Source of the DNA: an uncultured Myxococcales bacterium
GTDB taxonomy: Bacteria; Myxococcota_A; Polyangia; JAAYKL01
Length of the DNA: 64,000 bases
Reading direction: 5' to 3'
Assembly (NCBI GenBank): GCA_964458775.1
Contig: CAYWLQ010000008.1
Span: forward strand, 2,895-66,894
This document shows positions 30,076 through 40,891 of the stretch, piece by piece. Below the pieces are notes generated by a model. It saw nothing but the letters and a program-made list of their open reading frames with translations. It was not told where the DNA came from and did no database searches. The position numbers and the translations under genes were made by a program. Numbering within the stretch: the stretch's first letter is position 1; every line of letters starts with the position of its first letter.

Positions 30076-32103
30076 TTATGTCTTTTTTCCATCTAAAACT
30101 TTTCGCAATACACGTGATAATTGTTCAATTCCATATGGCTTGGCAATTCGTTCTGAAAACCCGTATTTCTTATATTCGCTCATAATCGGATCATTAAAAT
30201 AGCCGCTGGATACGATGACTTTGGCTTTTGGATCAATTTTCTTTAAAAGAGGCAAAACCTCCTTTCCTCCAATATCTCCGGGCACGGTTAAATCCACGAT
30301 AACTGCACAGAATGGGTTGTTATTGTTATAGCGCTTTCGGTAGAGTTCTAGAGCTTCTTGTCCTCCGGCTGTCCATTCAGTAGAAAAGCCGAGACTTTGA
30401 ATCATGCTGCATACAACATCTCTTACAGTTTTCTCATCATCCATCACCAGAATACATCCTGTACCCTCCAAAGGCGGATATGCTGAAGAAAACTCAGTGG
30501 AAGGTCGGTCCTCTGTTGCAGGCAAAAATAGTGAGAATGTTGTACCGACCCCTTCTGTTGAATCAACTGTGATATGACCGCCGTGTCGTCTGACAATGGA
30601 ATGAACGGTTGCAAGTCCCAATCCTGTCCCGTTTTCTTTTGTGGTGAAATACGGATCAAACACTCTATCTAGATTGCAGGTCGGAATACCGATGCCCTCA
30701 TCTTTTACATAAATAACAACATATTGTCCCGGTTTTAGAGGCAAAGAACTTTCATCTTCTATTTGCCTGTTTTCTGCAGAAATATATACCGTTCCGCCGT
30801 CAGGCATTGCCTGCTCAGAGTTGATTACCAAATTCTGGATTACCTGTGATATCTGTCCTTCATCTACTTCGACCCTCCAAAGGTCGTCGGGTATTTGAAC
30901 TGTGCGTCTAACCGAAGACCCAATCAGTGAAAAAGCCGCTGAATCATCAATAATCCTGTCGACGGATGCAAGGGTTTTAATTGGAGCGCCGCCTTTTGAA
31001 AAGGTAAGCAATTGGCTTGTCAAACCCTGTGCTCTTAAAACTGCTTTTTCTGCATCTTTTAGCCTTGCAGCAATAAAAGCTTCATCTCGTTTTATTTGAG
31101 CAAGACTAATGTTTCCTGAAATAGAAGTTAATATATTGTTGAAATCGTGTGCTATTCCACCGGCCAAAATACCTACTGCTTCAAGCTTTTGAACCCGATG
31201 CATTTCTTCTTCGGCTGCTCGTTGTTTTGACATATCTCTCAATACCAATACCGCTCCCAAACATTCATTGTTGCTGTTAATGATGAGGGTTGTGGTACCG
31301 GAAACAGGAATATTCGAACCGTCAATTGTCTGAAGCACTGCATCGAGATCTTCTCGATAACAAGACGGACCGAATAATTGCTTGTCTAACAACGAAACAA
31401 TAGGGTTGTTGACAATGGTTCTGTTGTTTTCGCTACAAAATGATAGCACATCATTGACATGAAGACCTGAAACATCATTCTTGTTTCTGCCTGTCAGTTT
31501 TTCTGCAGCATCGTTGAAGCTTACTACTTGACCGTGAATGTTGGCGGTTACTACTGCATCCGCAACAGAAGATAGGGTAACAGCAAGTCTTTCTTTTTCG
31601 GCGGCAAGAGCTGCCTGAATATTCTTCTGTTCGGTAATATTTCGTGCTATTCCTGCCACTGCAAGAACTCTCCCTGTGTATTCTCGTACAGGAATAAGCC
31701 ATAGACCAAGCCACACAAGACTTTCCTTGTAGATCACATTGCTTTCTAAATACATTGATTTTGGATCTGAAAACAAATTTGTTATAATTTTGAATTTTCT
31801 TTTGGCAAAGTCACTACCCAGCATAGCCGGGCTTTCTGCAATATCAATAAGACTGCGATGGATGAATTCTTCAGCGGAACAATCCATTGCTGTTGAACCG
31901 AAATGAATAGTTTGTGGGTTTGCGTACACAAAACGAAGATTTTCATCCACTGCAAAGATTAAGTCCTGCGATGAGTTCAAAATGAGTTCGGCAGTTTGAA
32001 GACCGTGTAATTTGGTTTCGAGTTGATCTAATCGTTCTTTTAGTTTCCGATTTTCAGAAACTATGATGTCGATGTCATTAATGTTATCTGTCTGATTAGA
32101 CAT
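30076..32103 (-). CDS. Hybrid sensor histidine kinase: coiled-coil, multiple PAS, HisKA/HATPase, C-terminal receiver
   Basis: H-box AHDFNNILTSISG, G-boxes (GTGLGLAT), receiver ILVMDDE...D at C-terminus. Confidence 0.85.
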   Translation of the reverse strand: MSNQTDNINDIDIIVSENRKLKERLDQLETKLHGLQTAELILNSSQDLIFAVDENLRFVYANPQTIHFGSTAMDCSAEEFIHRSLIDIAESPAMLGSDFAKRKFKIITNLFSDPKSMYLESNVIYKESLVWLGLWLIPVREYTGRVLAVAGIARNITEQKNIQAALAAEKERLAVTLSSVADAVVTANIHGQVVSFNDAAEKLTGRNKNDVSGLHVNDVLSFCSENNRTIVNNPIVSLLDKQLFGPSCYREDLDAVLQTIDGSNIPVSGTTTLIINSNNECLGAVLVLRDMSKQRAAEEEMHRVQKLEAVGILAGGIAHDFNNILTSISGNISLAQIKRDEAFIAARLKDAEKAVLRAQGLTSQLLTFSKGGAPIKTLASVDRIIDDSAAFSLIGSSVRRTVQIPDDLWRVEVDEGQISQVIQNLVINSEQAMPDGGTVYISAENRQIEDESSLPLKPGQYVVIYVKDEGIGIPTCNLDRVFDPYFTTKENGTGLGLATVHSIVRRHGGHITVDSTEGVGTTFSLFLPATEDRPSTEFSSAYPPLEGTGCILVMDDEKTVRDVVCSMIQSLGFSTEWTAGGQEALELYRKRYNNNNPFCAVIVDLTVPGDIGGKEVLPLLKKIDPKAKVIVSSGYFNDPIMSEYKKYGFSERIAKPYGIEQLSRVLRKVLDGKKT

Positions 32104-32107
32104 GGTA

Positions 32108-33001
32108 TCAAGAGTGTCGATTGCTTGTTTTGGGTTTATTACTATCTAGGTCATTAGAAACCTCTAAAGTTTCGGCTGCTTTCTTGCCTAGTAATTTTGA
32201 CTTTTGATATGCCGCCCAAACAGCTTTGGATAAAACCGTTCTCATTCCGCCTTTCTCCATTTGATAAACTGCCTCAGCAGTGGTTCCTCCGGGAGAGGTT
32301 ACCATGTTTCTCAATTCCGCCGGATGCTTATCTGATTGCATAGCAAGTTTGGCAGAGCCGAGAACGGTTTGAATTACAAGAGTTCGAGCGTCAGCTCTGG
32401 GCAGTCCCATGTGAACGGCTGCATCAATTAGTGCTTCTATAAGCAAAAAAGCGTAAGTAGGTCCTGTTCCGCATATTGCAGTTGCCATATCCAATGCATC
32501 TTCATGCAATACATACAACTCTAGCCCCATTCCTTGCAAAATAGCAGCAGCAGAAGCTCTTTGTTCGTCATTAACCTCTTTTGATGCTGTCCATACTGTC
32601 ATTGCTTCGCCGATTTGAGCAGGAGTGTTGGACATGGTACGGACAACTGCATTGTGTAAGAGTCCGTTTTGAATTGCGGCAATGGGAATACCTGCCATAA
32701 TCGAGATAATCAGAGCATTTTGGGGAATACATCCTCTCAATTCGCTTGTTACGGCTGATAATATTTGAGGTTTGATTGCCAATAAAATGATATCAGCATC
32801 TACAATGACTGACAAATTATCACATGTGCTTTTTATGCCATATTTAGAGCTAAGAAAATTTCTGTGCTGAGAATTTGGATCGCTTATTTGAATGTCTTGT
32901 GCATTGAGATTAAGATTTTCCAAAAGCGAATGTACAATTGCACCGCCCATTGCGCCGCAGCCGATAAAGGCAATTTTTTTTTCTTTCAAGCTTTCATTCA
33001 T
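32108..33001 (-). CDS. proC: Pyrroline-5-carboxylate reductase
   Basis: NADP-binding IAFIGCGAMGGAI, conserved C-terminal dimerisation domain; 297 aa. Confidence 0.9.
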   Translation of the reverse strand: MNESLKEKKIAFIGCGAMGGAIVHSLLENLNLNAQDIQISDPNSQHRNFLSSKYGIKSTCDNLSVIVDADIILLAIKPQILSAVTSELRGCIPQNALIISIMAGIPIAAIQNGLLHNAVVRTMSNTPAQIGEAMTVWTASKEVNDEQRASAAAILQGMGLELYVLHEDALDMATAICGTGPTYAFLLIEALIDAAVHMGLPRADARTLVIQTVLGSAKLAMQSDKHPAELRNMVTSPGGTTAEAVYQMEKGGMRTVLSKAVWAAYQKSKLLGKKAAETLEVSNDLDSNKPKTSNRHS

Positions 33002-33204
33002 ATCAGTTTACTGCCCTGTCTATTTGCTGAATTATTTATCGGACAAATATATTTGAAGTATTCCATTTGTACAACAATTAAAGAATAATAACAGATTTTG
33101 AAGAACTCCCAATACCCTGATTTTAATAATAGACACTATATTAGAATCATTATTCTTATCAATACTTGTTGCGATAGTAAAAGCGCTGTGCTAAGAAGCC
33201 CTTC

Positions 33205-33257
33205 GTCCGGGCTGTATGGAGAGAGGTGGACCCATGGCAGGGCCCGCCTTTTTTTAT
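33205..33257 (+). promoter_or_regulatory. GC-rich imperfect hairpin plus T7 tract immediately upstream of rimP (candidate leader attenuator / autoregulatory terminator)
   Basis: CGGGC(33208-12)...GCCCG(33242-46) with inner ATGG/CCAT pairing, followed by CCTTTTTTT (33247-56); located 11 nt before rimP ATG; upstream gene is divergent so it does not terminate a plus-strand CDS. Confidence 0.4.
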
Positions 33258-33267
33258 GGCTTAAAAA

Positions 33268-33753
33268 ATGAATTTGATGACTAACATTGAAAAAGCAATT
33301 TTGCCTGTTTTAGAACAAATGGAAGTCGAGCTTGTACTTGCAACCTTTGTGAAAGAACACGGCGATAAGGTGCTCCGCCTCATGATTGAGAGAAAAGGCT
33401 CAACGCCTGAAGGCGGTTCCGGAGTAGATCTTGCTTTGTGCGCTGATGTGAGCCGAAAAGTAAGTGCTGTGTTAGATGTCAGCGACGTTATTGTCGCGGA
33501 TTCATATCGTTTAGAGGTTTCATCTCCGGGAATAGAAAGACCGCTTGTCAATCTAAAGGATTTTGAGCGATTTGTCGGTATGAAAGCGGTTGTTGTTACA
33601 AAAGGCCCGGTAGATGGATGTCGGAAATTTAGAGGAACTCTGTGCGGTATTAGGGATAATACTGTAAAATTGGAGATTTCATCCGACAAGCATGTAGCGA
33701 TACCAAACGAGTTGATCAAGAAAGCAAACCTCGTTTTTGATGCAAAGGTGTAA
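33268..33753 (+). CDS. rimP: Ribosome maturation factor RimP
   Basis: 161 aa, conserved N-terminal (LEQMEVELV) and position at head of nusA-infB operon. Confidence 0.85.
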   Translation: MNLMTNIEKAILPVLEQMEVELVLATFVKEHGDKVLRLMIERKGSTPEGGSGVDLALCADVSRKVSAVLDVSDVIVADSYRLEVSSPGIERPLVNLKDFERFVGMKAVVVTKGPVDGCRKFRGTLCGIRDNTVKLEISSDKHVAIPNELIKKANLVFDAKV

Positions 33754-33777
33754 AACCTTGCCGCAAGGAGATTTGAG

Positions 33778-35541
33778 ATGCAGGATGAAGCATTACCGCT
33801 CAATATGATTCTCGAACAAGTCGGTCGAGACAAGGGAATCGAAAAGCAGGTGCTCATCGAGGCCATTGAGGCAGCCATCCTCAGTGCAGCCAAGCGCACT
33901 TTCGGACAAGACCGAGATTTAGAGGCAAGGTTTAATGAAGAAACCGGAATAATTGATTTGTATCAATATCTTACAGTGGTGGATGATACTGAGTTAGCAG
34001 AAAACGAGGTTTCCCTTGAGGCTGTTCGACGTGCAAAACTCGATGCCGAATTGGGAGAGGAGCTTGGATTTCAAATTTTCTATAGAGAAGAGGATGAAAA
34101 GAAGGCCAAGAAGCAGGACAAGGATTTCGGCAATATTTTGGGTTTAACTACTTATGGCAGAGGATTCGGTCGTATTGCTGCCCAAACCGCCAAACAAGTT
34201 ATTATTCAAAGGGTTAGGGATGCTGAACGAGAAAACATTTTTAATGAGTATAAGGATCGTAAAAATGAGGTTATTGCAGGCATCGTAAGACGATTTGAAC
34301 GCAATAATGATATAATAGTTGACCTTGGACGCGCTGAAGGAATTATTCCATATCGAGAACAGACACCTCGTGAATCCTACAGATTGGGTGATCGGGTAAT
34401 GGCTTTCGTAAAAGATATTGATCGTGAAGCTCGAGGACCCCAGATTATATTGTCAAGAACCGACCAAGGTTTGCTAAAGAAGCTCTTTGAGATGGAAGTG
34501 CCTGAGATTTATGAAGGCATAGTTAAAATTGTCAATGTGGCGAGAGAACCCGGTGCGCGTTCAAAAATAGCTGTTACTTCAAGAGATTCCGATGTAGATC
34601 CTGTCGGCGCTTGTGTGGGAATGAGAGGGGCAAGAGTGCAGTCGGTGGTTCAGGAACTCCGCGGAGAGAAAATCGACATAGTTCCGTGGGATAGAGATCC
34701 TGCACGTTTTGTATGCAACGCTATTCAACCGGCTGAAGTTTCCCGTGTAATCATTGACGAAGCAAACGGTTCGATGGAATTGGTTGTTCCGGATGACAAG
34801 CTTTCTTTGGCAATTGGACGTCGAGGACAAAATGTTAGACTGGCTTCAAGATTGACTGCGTGGCGACTTGATGTGATCAGCGAAACCAAGTTTGAAGAGC
34901 GGGAAAAACACGCAATTGAAAGTCTTGCGTTAATAGACGGAATTAATGATGGATTGGCGAAATCCCTTTATAAACTCGGTTTTAGAACAATCGAAGAGAT
35001 TGCGGAGGCAGATACTTCTGAATTGGCCGGTATTCCCGGTTTTGGAAATTCAGAGGTTGTGCAAAAAGTACAAGAATCTGCAGAAATTGCAATGGAGCAT
35101 CAGAGACTTGCTCGAATTAGAGCTCTGTCAAAAAGCAAAGATGCAATTACCGAGCGGGATCGAATGTTACTTGTTCCGGGACTCGGAGAACGTACCATAG
35201 AGTTGTTGATGGAAGCCGGGTATAAAACCCTGGCATCTCTTTCCGGTGATGTTGATGTAGATAGACTTGCCTTGAATACAGGTTTGGGTATACGTAAAGC
35301 GAAACAGATAATTATTAATGTTAAGCAGTTTCACCTGAACGAAGAAAAGGTTTTTGAAGAAATGCGCGAGCAGGCAAAACTGGAGAGAGAGCTTGAGGAA
35401 GATATTACTGCTGAGGAAGTGGGACTGATAGGAGATTTTTCAACTGATACAGCCGATTCTGATATGGAGGAAACGGAAGATATGGATTTATCTTCTTCTG
35501 ATTTTGATGAAGAATCGGATGAAGAACCGACTGAGGAATAA
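33778..35541 (+). CDS. nusA: Transcription termination/antitermination factor NusA with two AR (HhH) repeats and long acidic tail
   Basis: NTD, S1, KH1/KH2 (GACVGMRGARVQ), two HhH AR domains, Asp/Glu-rich C-terminus; 587 aa. Confidence 0.95.
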   Translation: MQDEALPLNMILEQVGRDKGIEKQVLIEAIEAAILSAAKRTFGQDRDLEARFNEETGIIDLYQYLTVVDDTELAENEVSLEAVRRAKLDAELGEELGFQIFYREEDEKKAKKQDKDFGNILGLTTYGRGFGRIAAQTAKQVIIQRVRDAERENIFNEYKDRKNEVIAGIVRRFERNNDIIVDLGRAEGIIPYREQTPRESYRLGDRVMAFVKDIDREARGPQIILSRTDQGLLKKLFEMEVPEIYEGIVKIVNVAREPGARSKIAVTSRDSDVDPVGACVGMRGARVQSVVQELRGEKIDIVPWDRDPARFVCNAIQPAEVSRVIIDEANGSMELVVPDDKLSLAIGRRGQNVRLASRLTAWRLDVISETKFEEREKHAIESLALIDGINDGLAKSLYKLGFRTIEEIAEADTSELAGIPGFGNSEVVQKVQESAEIAMEHQRLARIRALSKSKDAITERDRMLLVPGLGERTIELLMEAGYKTLASLSGDVDVDRLALNTGLGIRKAKQIIINVKQFHLNEEKVFEEMREQAKLERELEEDITAEEVGLIGDFSTDTADSDMEETEDMDLSSSDFDEESDEEPTEE

Positions 35542-35858
35542 TGGATTATTTTTGTACACCTTCTGATTCTGTGACTGCAACCAAACCCTTGGGACCGGTG
35601 CGCACTTGTATTTCGTGCGGTACAAAGTTTGGTATTTCCAGATTGATGCGTTTTGCCGTAAATCAGGAAGGCGTGCAATTTGACTTAGAAAGAGTATTGC
35701 CCGGACGAGGAGCATATGTTTGTAAGAATGACATGTGTCTTAAAAAAGCTTTTGCGAAAAATCTTTTTTGCCGGGCCTTTAGAACAAATGTAAAATTTCA
35801 AACTTCTATGACAGCACATATTAATGTGTGTGCTTTGAAATTTGGCGGTATTAAATAG
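35541..35858 (+). CDS. ylxR: YlxR/RnpM (DUF448) RNA-binding protein
   Basis: GPVRTCISCG...RFAV...PGRGAYVC signature; classical position between nusA and infB. Confidence 0.8.
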   Translation: MDYFCTPSDSVTATKPLGPVRTCISCGTKFGISRLMRFAVNQEGVQFDLERVLPGRGAYVCKNDMCLKKAFAKNLFCRAFRTNVKFQTSMTAHINVCALKFGGIK

Positions 35859-35960
35859 CTTCGGCAGGACTATGCTTTTTTAGCCGGTCGAGCGAAAAGA
35901 AATTTAGGTGCTTTGATATTGGATCGCGAAAACTAGAAAAAGTAGCGATTCGGAGGACAG

Positions 35961-38900
35961 ATGGCTCAGAAGATTCGGGTTTTCACACTGGCCAGAGAGG
36001 TCGGTCTCGACAATGAGGCTATGGTGGCCAAGATTCAAGAAATGGGAATCGAGGTTCACAACTATATGAGCGGACTGGAGGCGGAGACCGCACAGCGTAT
36101 TAAACGTGCTATTCAAAAAGAAAGAACGGAAAATACGGTAGAAGAGCATATTCGACCGACAGTAGTACGCCGCCGAACCAAAGACGGTGCGCCGACTAAG
36201 ATTCGTACACCGAAGCCGATAAAGGAGGAGGAAGAGCCGACACCCAAGTTGAAGCCCAAATTGTCATCTTCGCCTCCTCGTAAAAAAGCTATCGCAGCGG
36301 CTTTACCTCAGTTGTCAGATTCTGTCGAATCTATAAAGACTGCCGTTTCTGTTGAATTTGATGTGGTATCAAGTAGCAAACCATCGCTAGAGAAGCCTCC
36401 GGTAGAGAAGCTTCCGGTAGAGAAGCCTCCGGTAGAGAAGCCTCCGGTAGAGAAGCCTCCGGTAGAGAAGCTTCCGCTAGAGAAGCCTCCGGTAGAGAAG
36501 CCGATTGCCGTTGCATTAGAACCTGAGCATCAAGCCAAAAAACTTGAAGTAAAGGCAGAATCATCAGATGAACCCAAAGCTGAGCATAAGACTGAACCGG
36601 CGGATGAGCCGTCTGTTAAAGCAGAGCCGATAACAGAAACACCCTCAATTGTACAATCGGTGCAAAAAGAAAGAGAAAGAAAGTCGGTTTGGTCTGAAAA
36701 TCAACAACCTGTTGAACAGACTATGGAGCTACAGCAACCTGCTGTTACCAAAAAGACTGCTCCTTCGGAACCGACGGAGCCTATGTATACAGCAGAAGAA
36801 CAAGATAAAGACAAACGTCCAAGAGGAATAGAAATTGCTACCGGACCTATGGTTCGACGTCCTGCTGCCGAGGCTCCTGTTATTCGAAGAAGAATAACGG
36901 TATCACAACCGGGTACCAGACCTCCAAGACCGACAGGAGGAGGAAGGCCCAGTTCACCTCCCGGAATGGACAGAGGAAGACCTGGCGGCGGCCCGCCTTC
37001 GGGAATGGGTGACAGAAGGCCAAGTTCACCCCACGGCTCAGGAGATCGAATGTCTTCCGGTTCGAGGACAAGTCGTATGCCGGATATTGCAGCCATGGAC
37101 AGCATGGCTCCGGCTCCTCCCAAAGACGGACAATTGCCAAATCGTCGCGCACGAGCTGTTCCTCCAAGAAGACGAGAAGTTCAGAGCAGAGAAATGGTAA
37201 CCCAAGGACGTTTTTCGGGTGTAGGGCCGGCTGCTGCTACCGGAAAGTTCGGCGCTGTTCAGCCTTTGGGAAGAAAGCGTCGCATGGCCCCCGGAAAAAA
37301 GGGTAAAAAGACTGAAATAACTACACCAAAGGCCAGCAAGCGTGTTATCAGAATTGAAGAACAAGTAACTCTTCAGGAGCTTGCCAAAAGAATGGGCGTT
37401 AAGGCTACAGAGCTGATGACCCATTTGATGGGTATGGGAGTCGGCACTATCAATATCAATTCTACTTTGGACATAGATACTGCCAAAATTGTGGCCTCTG
37501 ACTTTGGTTACGATGTAGAAAACGTCGCTCTTGATGAAGAAAACCTTTTAGCATCGACAAGAGTCGAAGTTGAAGATGATAAAGGACGAATTCAAAGACC
37601 TCCCATCGTTACAATGATGGGACATGTTGATCACGGCAAAACTTCGCTTCTTGATGCGCTTCGCAAAACCAGCATTGTAAGCACTGAAGCAGGCGGCATT
37701 ACGCAACATATAGGAGCTTATCGAGTCAAGACAAGCGGCGGCATTGTTGCCTTTATTGACACTCCGGGACACGAAGCCTTTACCGCTATGCGAGCTAGAG
37801 GTGCCAATGCAACAGATATTGTTGTTTTGGTGGTGGCTGCGGATGACGGGGTTATGCCTCAGACAATTGAGGCTATCAATCACTCACGTTTAGCCAAAGT
37901 TCCAATCATTGTTGCTATAAACAAATGTGACAAACCGTCCGCTGATCCGGCGAAGACTCGAAATATGATGATGGAGCACGGACTAATACCGGAAGATCTC
38001 GGCGGTGACACCATTATGGTCGAAGTCTCTGCACATACAGGAGCCGGTCTCGATAAGTTAATTGAGATGATTATGGTTCAAGCCGAAGTAATGGAGCTTA
38101 CCGCTAATCCTAATCGTCCAAGTAACGGTATTGTATTGGAAGCATATCTCGATCGAGGACGCGGTCCGGTTGCAAATATTCTTGTTCAAAACGGAACTTT
38201 GCGTGTCGGCGAAGTAGTAGTTGCCGGTCCCGCATACGGCAAAATCCGAGCGCTTACAGATGAAATGGGGCGTACGGTAAAAGAAGCAGGTCCTTCAACG
38301 CCTGTAGAGGTATTGGGACTGGATTCGGTTCCGTCTGCGGGTGATATGTTTGATACAGCTCCTGACTTAAAGGTCGCAGAGAAAGTAGCTAAGACGAGAA
38401 CAGAAAAAACCAGAGCTTCTATGGTCGGAATGAGTAAACCGACGCTTGACAGTTTGTATGAGCAAATGCAAACGTCGCATACTCAGGTTGAACAAAAAAT
38501 TATTATAAAGGGTGATGTTCAAGGTTCCGTCGAGGCACTTAAAGATTCTTTAGAAAAATTGACCACTCCTAAAGTTAAACTGTCGGTGGTACATGCAGCT
38601 GTCGGAGGAATAACCGAATCAGACGTGTTGTTGGCTTCTACAGCATCTGCAATTATTATTGGTTTCAACGTAAGACCTGCCGGAAAAGCCAGGCACGTAG
38701 CTGAAGAACAAGGAGTGGAGATTCGCCTGTTCAGCATTATCTATGAAGTAATAGATTCCGTAAAGCAGGCCATGGTCGGGTTATTATCACCAGACATCAA
38801 AGAAGAATCTCTCGGTCAAGTCGAAGTTAGAGACGTGTTCAGTATCCCCAAAATCGGTGCCATTGCCGGTTCTTATGTAACTGAAGGCAAGGTGGTAAGA

Positions 38901-39101
38901 AACTCGCGCGCTCGCCTTATTAGAGATTCTGTTCAGATATGGGAGGGGCGATTGGGGTCTCTTCGTAGATTCAAGGATGATGTCAAGGAAGTACAAAGCG
39001 GATATGAATGCGGTATTTCCTTGGAGGGATATAATGATATAAAGGTTGGCGATATCATTGAGATCTATACTGAGAAAAAGATTGCCGCCACTTTAAACTA
39101 G
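35961..39101 (+). CDS. infB: Translation initiation factor IF-2 with repetitive N-terminal region
   Basis: G-domain [20 protein letters not shown]; 1046 aa; N-terminal (K/E)PPVEK x8 repeat. Confidence 0.95.
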   Translation: MAQKIRVFTLAREVGLDNEAMVAKIQEMGIEVHNYMSGLEAETAQRIKRAIQKERTENTVEEHIRPTVVRRRTKDGAPTKIRTPKPIKEEEEPTPKLKPKLSSSPPRKKAIAAALPQLSDSVESIKTAVSVEFDVVSSSKPSLEKPPVEKLPVEKPPVEKPPVEKPPVEKLPLEKPPVEKPIAVALEPEHQAKKLEVKAESSDEPKAEHKTEPADEPSVKAEPITETPSIVQSVQKERERKSVWSENQQPVEQTMELQQPAVTKKTAPSEPTEPMYTAEEQDKDKRPRGIEIATGPMVRRPAAEAPVIRRRITVSQPGTRPPRPTGGGRPSSPPGMDRGRPGGGPPSGMGDRRPSSPHGSGDRMSSGSRTSRMPDIAAMDSMAPAPPKDGQLPNRRARAVPPRRREVQSREMVTQGRFSGVGPAAATGKFGAVQPLGRKRRMAPGKKGKKTEITTPKASKRVIRIEEQVTLQELAKRMGVKATELMTHLMGMGVGTININSTLDIDTAKIVASDFGYDVENVALDEENLLASTRVEVEDDKGRIQRPPIVTMMGHVDHGKTSLLDALRKTSIVSTEAGGITQHIGAYRVKTSGGIVAFIDTPGHEAFTAMRARGANATDIVVLVVAADDGVMPQTIEAINHSRLAKVPIIVAINKCDKPSADPAKTRNMMMEHGLIPEDLGGDTIMVEVSAHTGAGLDKLIEMIMVQAEVMELTANPNRPSNGIVLEAYLDRGRGPVANILVQNGTLRVGEVVVAGPAYGKIRALTDEMGRTVKEAGPSTPVEVLGLDSVPSAGDMFDTAPDLKVAEKVAKTRTEKTRASMVGMSKPTLDSLYEQMQTSHTQVEQKIIIKGDVQGSVEALKDSLEKLTTPKVKLSVVHAAVGGITESDVLLASTASAIIIGFNVRPAGKARHVAEEQGVEIRLFSIIYEVIDSVKQAMVGLLSPDIKEESLGQVEVRDVFSIPKIGAIAGSYVTEGKVVRNSRARLIRDSVQIWEGRLGSLRRFKDDVKEVQSGYECGISLEGYNDIKVGDIIEIYTEKKIAATLN
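36388..36502 (+). repeat. Eight tandem 15-bp repeats (GAGAAGCCTCCGGTA) encoding PPVEK units inside infB
   Basis: Read directly; two copies carry C>T (Pro>Leu) variants. Confidence 0.85.
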
Positions 39102-39131
39102 TCATTCATATAGTCCAATGGAGCATTAGTC

Positions 39132-39545
39132 ATGTTTGTCGGTGTTTGCCGATTGACTTTTCATTTACACGGCGTCTCTTCTTTGAAAGAGAAACGCGGA
39201 GTAATGCGCAGAATAATTGAGAGAACAAAGGTAAAATTCAATGCTTCTGTTGCAGAAACCGAAGACAATGATAAACATCAGCGCGGTGTTGTAGGTGTAG
39301 CTGTAGTAGGAAATACATCAGCCCACGTCAACGCAATGATGTCTTCTATTGTCAGATTTGTTGAACACCTAGGTTTTGCAGAAATTTTAAATGTGGCAAC
39401 AGAAGTTATACCTATGAAAGATGACATAGGAGAAATTTCGAACAAATCTATGTCCTATTTGGCTCAAGGAGGTTCTTTTTCAGAAGACCTTTTCAATGAT
39501 GAGTTTTATTCTAATGAATCTGAAGAAGAAGAGGAGGATTTATGA
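39132..39545 (+). CDS. DUF503 (YlxP-like) protein
   Basis: 137 aa; CRLTFHLHGVSSLKEKR... family signature; typical infB-rbfA intergenic resident. Confidence 0.7.
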   Translation: MFVGVCRLTFHLHGVSSLKEKRGVMRRIIERTKVKFNASVAETEDNDKHQRGVVGVAVVGNTSAHVNAMMSSIVRFVEHLGFAEILNVATEVIPMKDDIGEISNKSMSYLAQGGSFSEDLFNDEFYSNESEEEEEDL

Positions 39546-40879
39546 CGACGGTAAAAGGTGATAATCGGCGGCTTGCCAGAGTCGGTGATGCTATTCGAGA
39601 GGAGCTCTCGTCCATGCTAATAAAGTCGGCGGCAGATCCTCGATTGCGTTGGGTTACTATTACCGGAGTGGATATGTCTCCTGATTTGCGTAATGCAAGG
39701 GTATTTTATGTTGTTACCGGAAACATGCAACCCAATGACGAAGCAGCTCGCGGCCTTTCAAAAGCAGCTTCTTTTTTGCAAAGCGAACTGGCAGGAAAGC
39801 TAAAACTCAGATATGTGCCGAAGCTTTCTTTTCATTTTGATAAAAGCTTTGACGAAGCTGTTCATATAGATGCGCTGATAGAAGAGGTTAAAGTGGAACG
39901 CGAAGCCAAACCGAAACTGTCACCCGAGAAAGAGCTGGCAAAACTGATCGCTGAGGCTGAGAAAATACTTGTTATTACTCATCGCAATCCGGACGGAGAT
40001 GCTGTCGGTTCTCTTTTGGGCTTTTCAAGAATACTGTCTTTGATGGGAAAAAAGCCTACTGTTTATTGTCCTGACAAAATCCCAAAGGTTTTGTCTTTTT
40101 TAAGCGGAGCGAACGATGCAGTTTTAGAATTGGAAGAAGATGCGTCTTTTGAATTAACAGTTTCTTTGGATACCGCCGAACAAGGTTTGTTGCCTCCTGG
40201 ACTTCCGCCCAAAGACAAAATGGGAACATTTGCCGTGATCGATCATCACAGCTCTCACAAAGAAATGGGGGACTTGGTTATTCGATATGAAGCTTCCTCT
40301 GTAGGCGAAATGATTTTTGATCTTCAGAAACGACTTGTTTGGCCCATTGATAAAGAAGCAGCCGAGTGCCTTTATACCTCTATTGTTTCAGATACGGGAT
40401 CATTCCAATACTCCAATACCAAGGCCGACACACATCGTGCAGCAGCCGAGCTAATTCAACTGGGGGCGAGAAGCTGGCAAGTTGCAACAGCTCTGTTTGA
40501 ATCCTATCCTCTGAAAAGACAAAAGCTCTTGGCCGAGGTATTAACAACGCTTTTTGTAAACAAAGACGGTCGTTACGCAAGACTTATATGCACTGTTGAT
40601 ATGTTGAAGAAAACCGGCGCATCAAAAGAAGATCTCGACAGTATAATCAATTATGCTCGTTCCATAGATACTGTTCAAATTGCTGCAATGTTTAGGGAGG
40701 AGTCGAACGGAGACGTAAAGGTTAGTTTTCGCTCAAAAGGAGAAGCTGATGTTGCCGCTATCTGCGAGGAATTCGGCGGCGGCGGGCATAAAAACGCTGC
40801 CGGCTGCACTATTAAACAAACCTCGATCGAAAAAGCAATTGAACTTGTTGATCCGGTAGCGACCAAGCGCCTCTTATAG
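39542..40879 (+). CDS. rbfA: Fusion protein: ribosome-binding factor A (N-terminal ~115 aa) + DHH/DHHA1 NrnA-like nanoRNase/pAp phosphatase
   Basis: RbfA signature (RVGDAIREELSSML...RWVTITGVDMSPDLRNARVFY) continuous in frame with DHH motifs (ITHRNPDGDAVGS, AVIDHH) and DHHA1 (GGGGH); no stop or internal start between modules. Confidence 0.8.
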   Translation: MTTVKGDNRRLARVGDAIREELSSMLIKSAADPRLRWVTITGVDMSPDLRNARVFYVVTGNMQPNDEAARGLSKAASFLQSELAGKLKLRYVPKLSFHFDKSFDEAVHIDALIEEVKVEREAKPKLSPEKELAKLIAEAEKILVITHRNPDGDAVGSLLGFSRILSLMGKKPTVYCPDKIPKVLSFLSGANDAVLELEEDASFELTVSLDTAEQGLLPPGLPPKDKMGTFAVIDHHSSHKEMGDLVIRYEASSVGEMIFDLQKRLVWPIDKEAAECLYTSIVSDTGSFQYSNTKADTHRAAAELIQLGARSWQVATALFESYPLKRQKLLAEVLTTLFVNKDGRYARLICTVDMLKKTGASKEDLDSIINYARSIDTVQIAAMFREESNGDVKVSFRSKGEADVAAICEEFGGGGHKNAAGCTIKQTSIEKAIELVDPVATKRLL

Positions 40880-40891
40880 ATTGAGTATATT

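Noticed and set aside
33002-33267. Possible initiator tRNA (metY-like) upstream of rimP, as in E. coli
   Set aside because: No GGTTCGAATCC-like T-arm, no cloverleaf-compatible segments. Interpreted instead as a leader hairpin/terminator.
36331-36564. Minus-strand ORF with [13 protein letters not shown] repeats
   Set aside because: Antisense of the infB PPVEK 15-bp repeat. The essential IF2 reading frame is clearly the real one.
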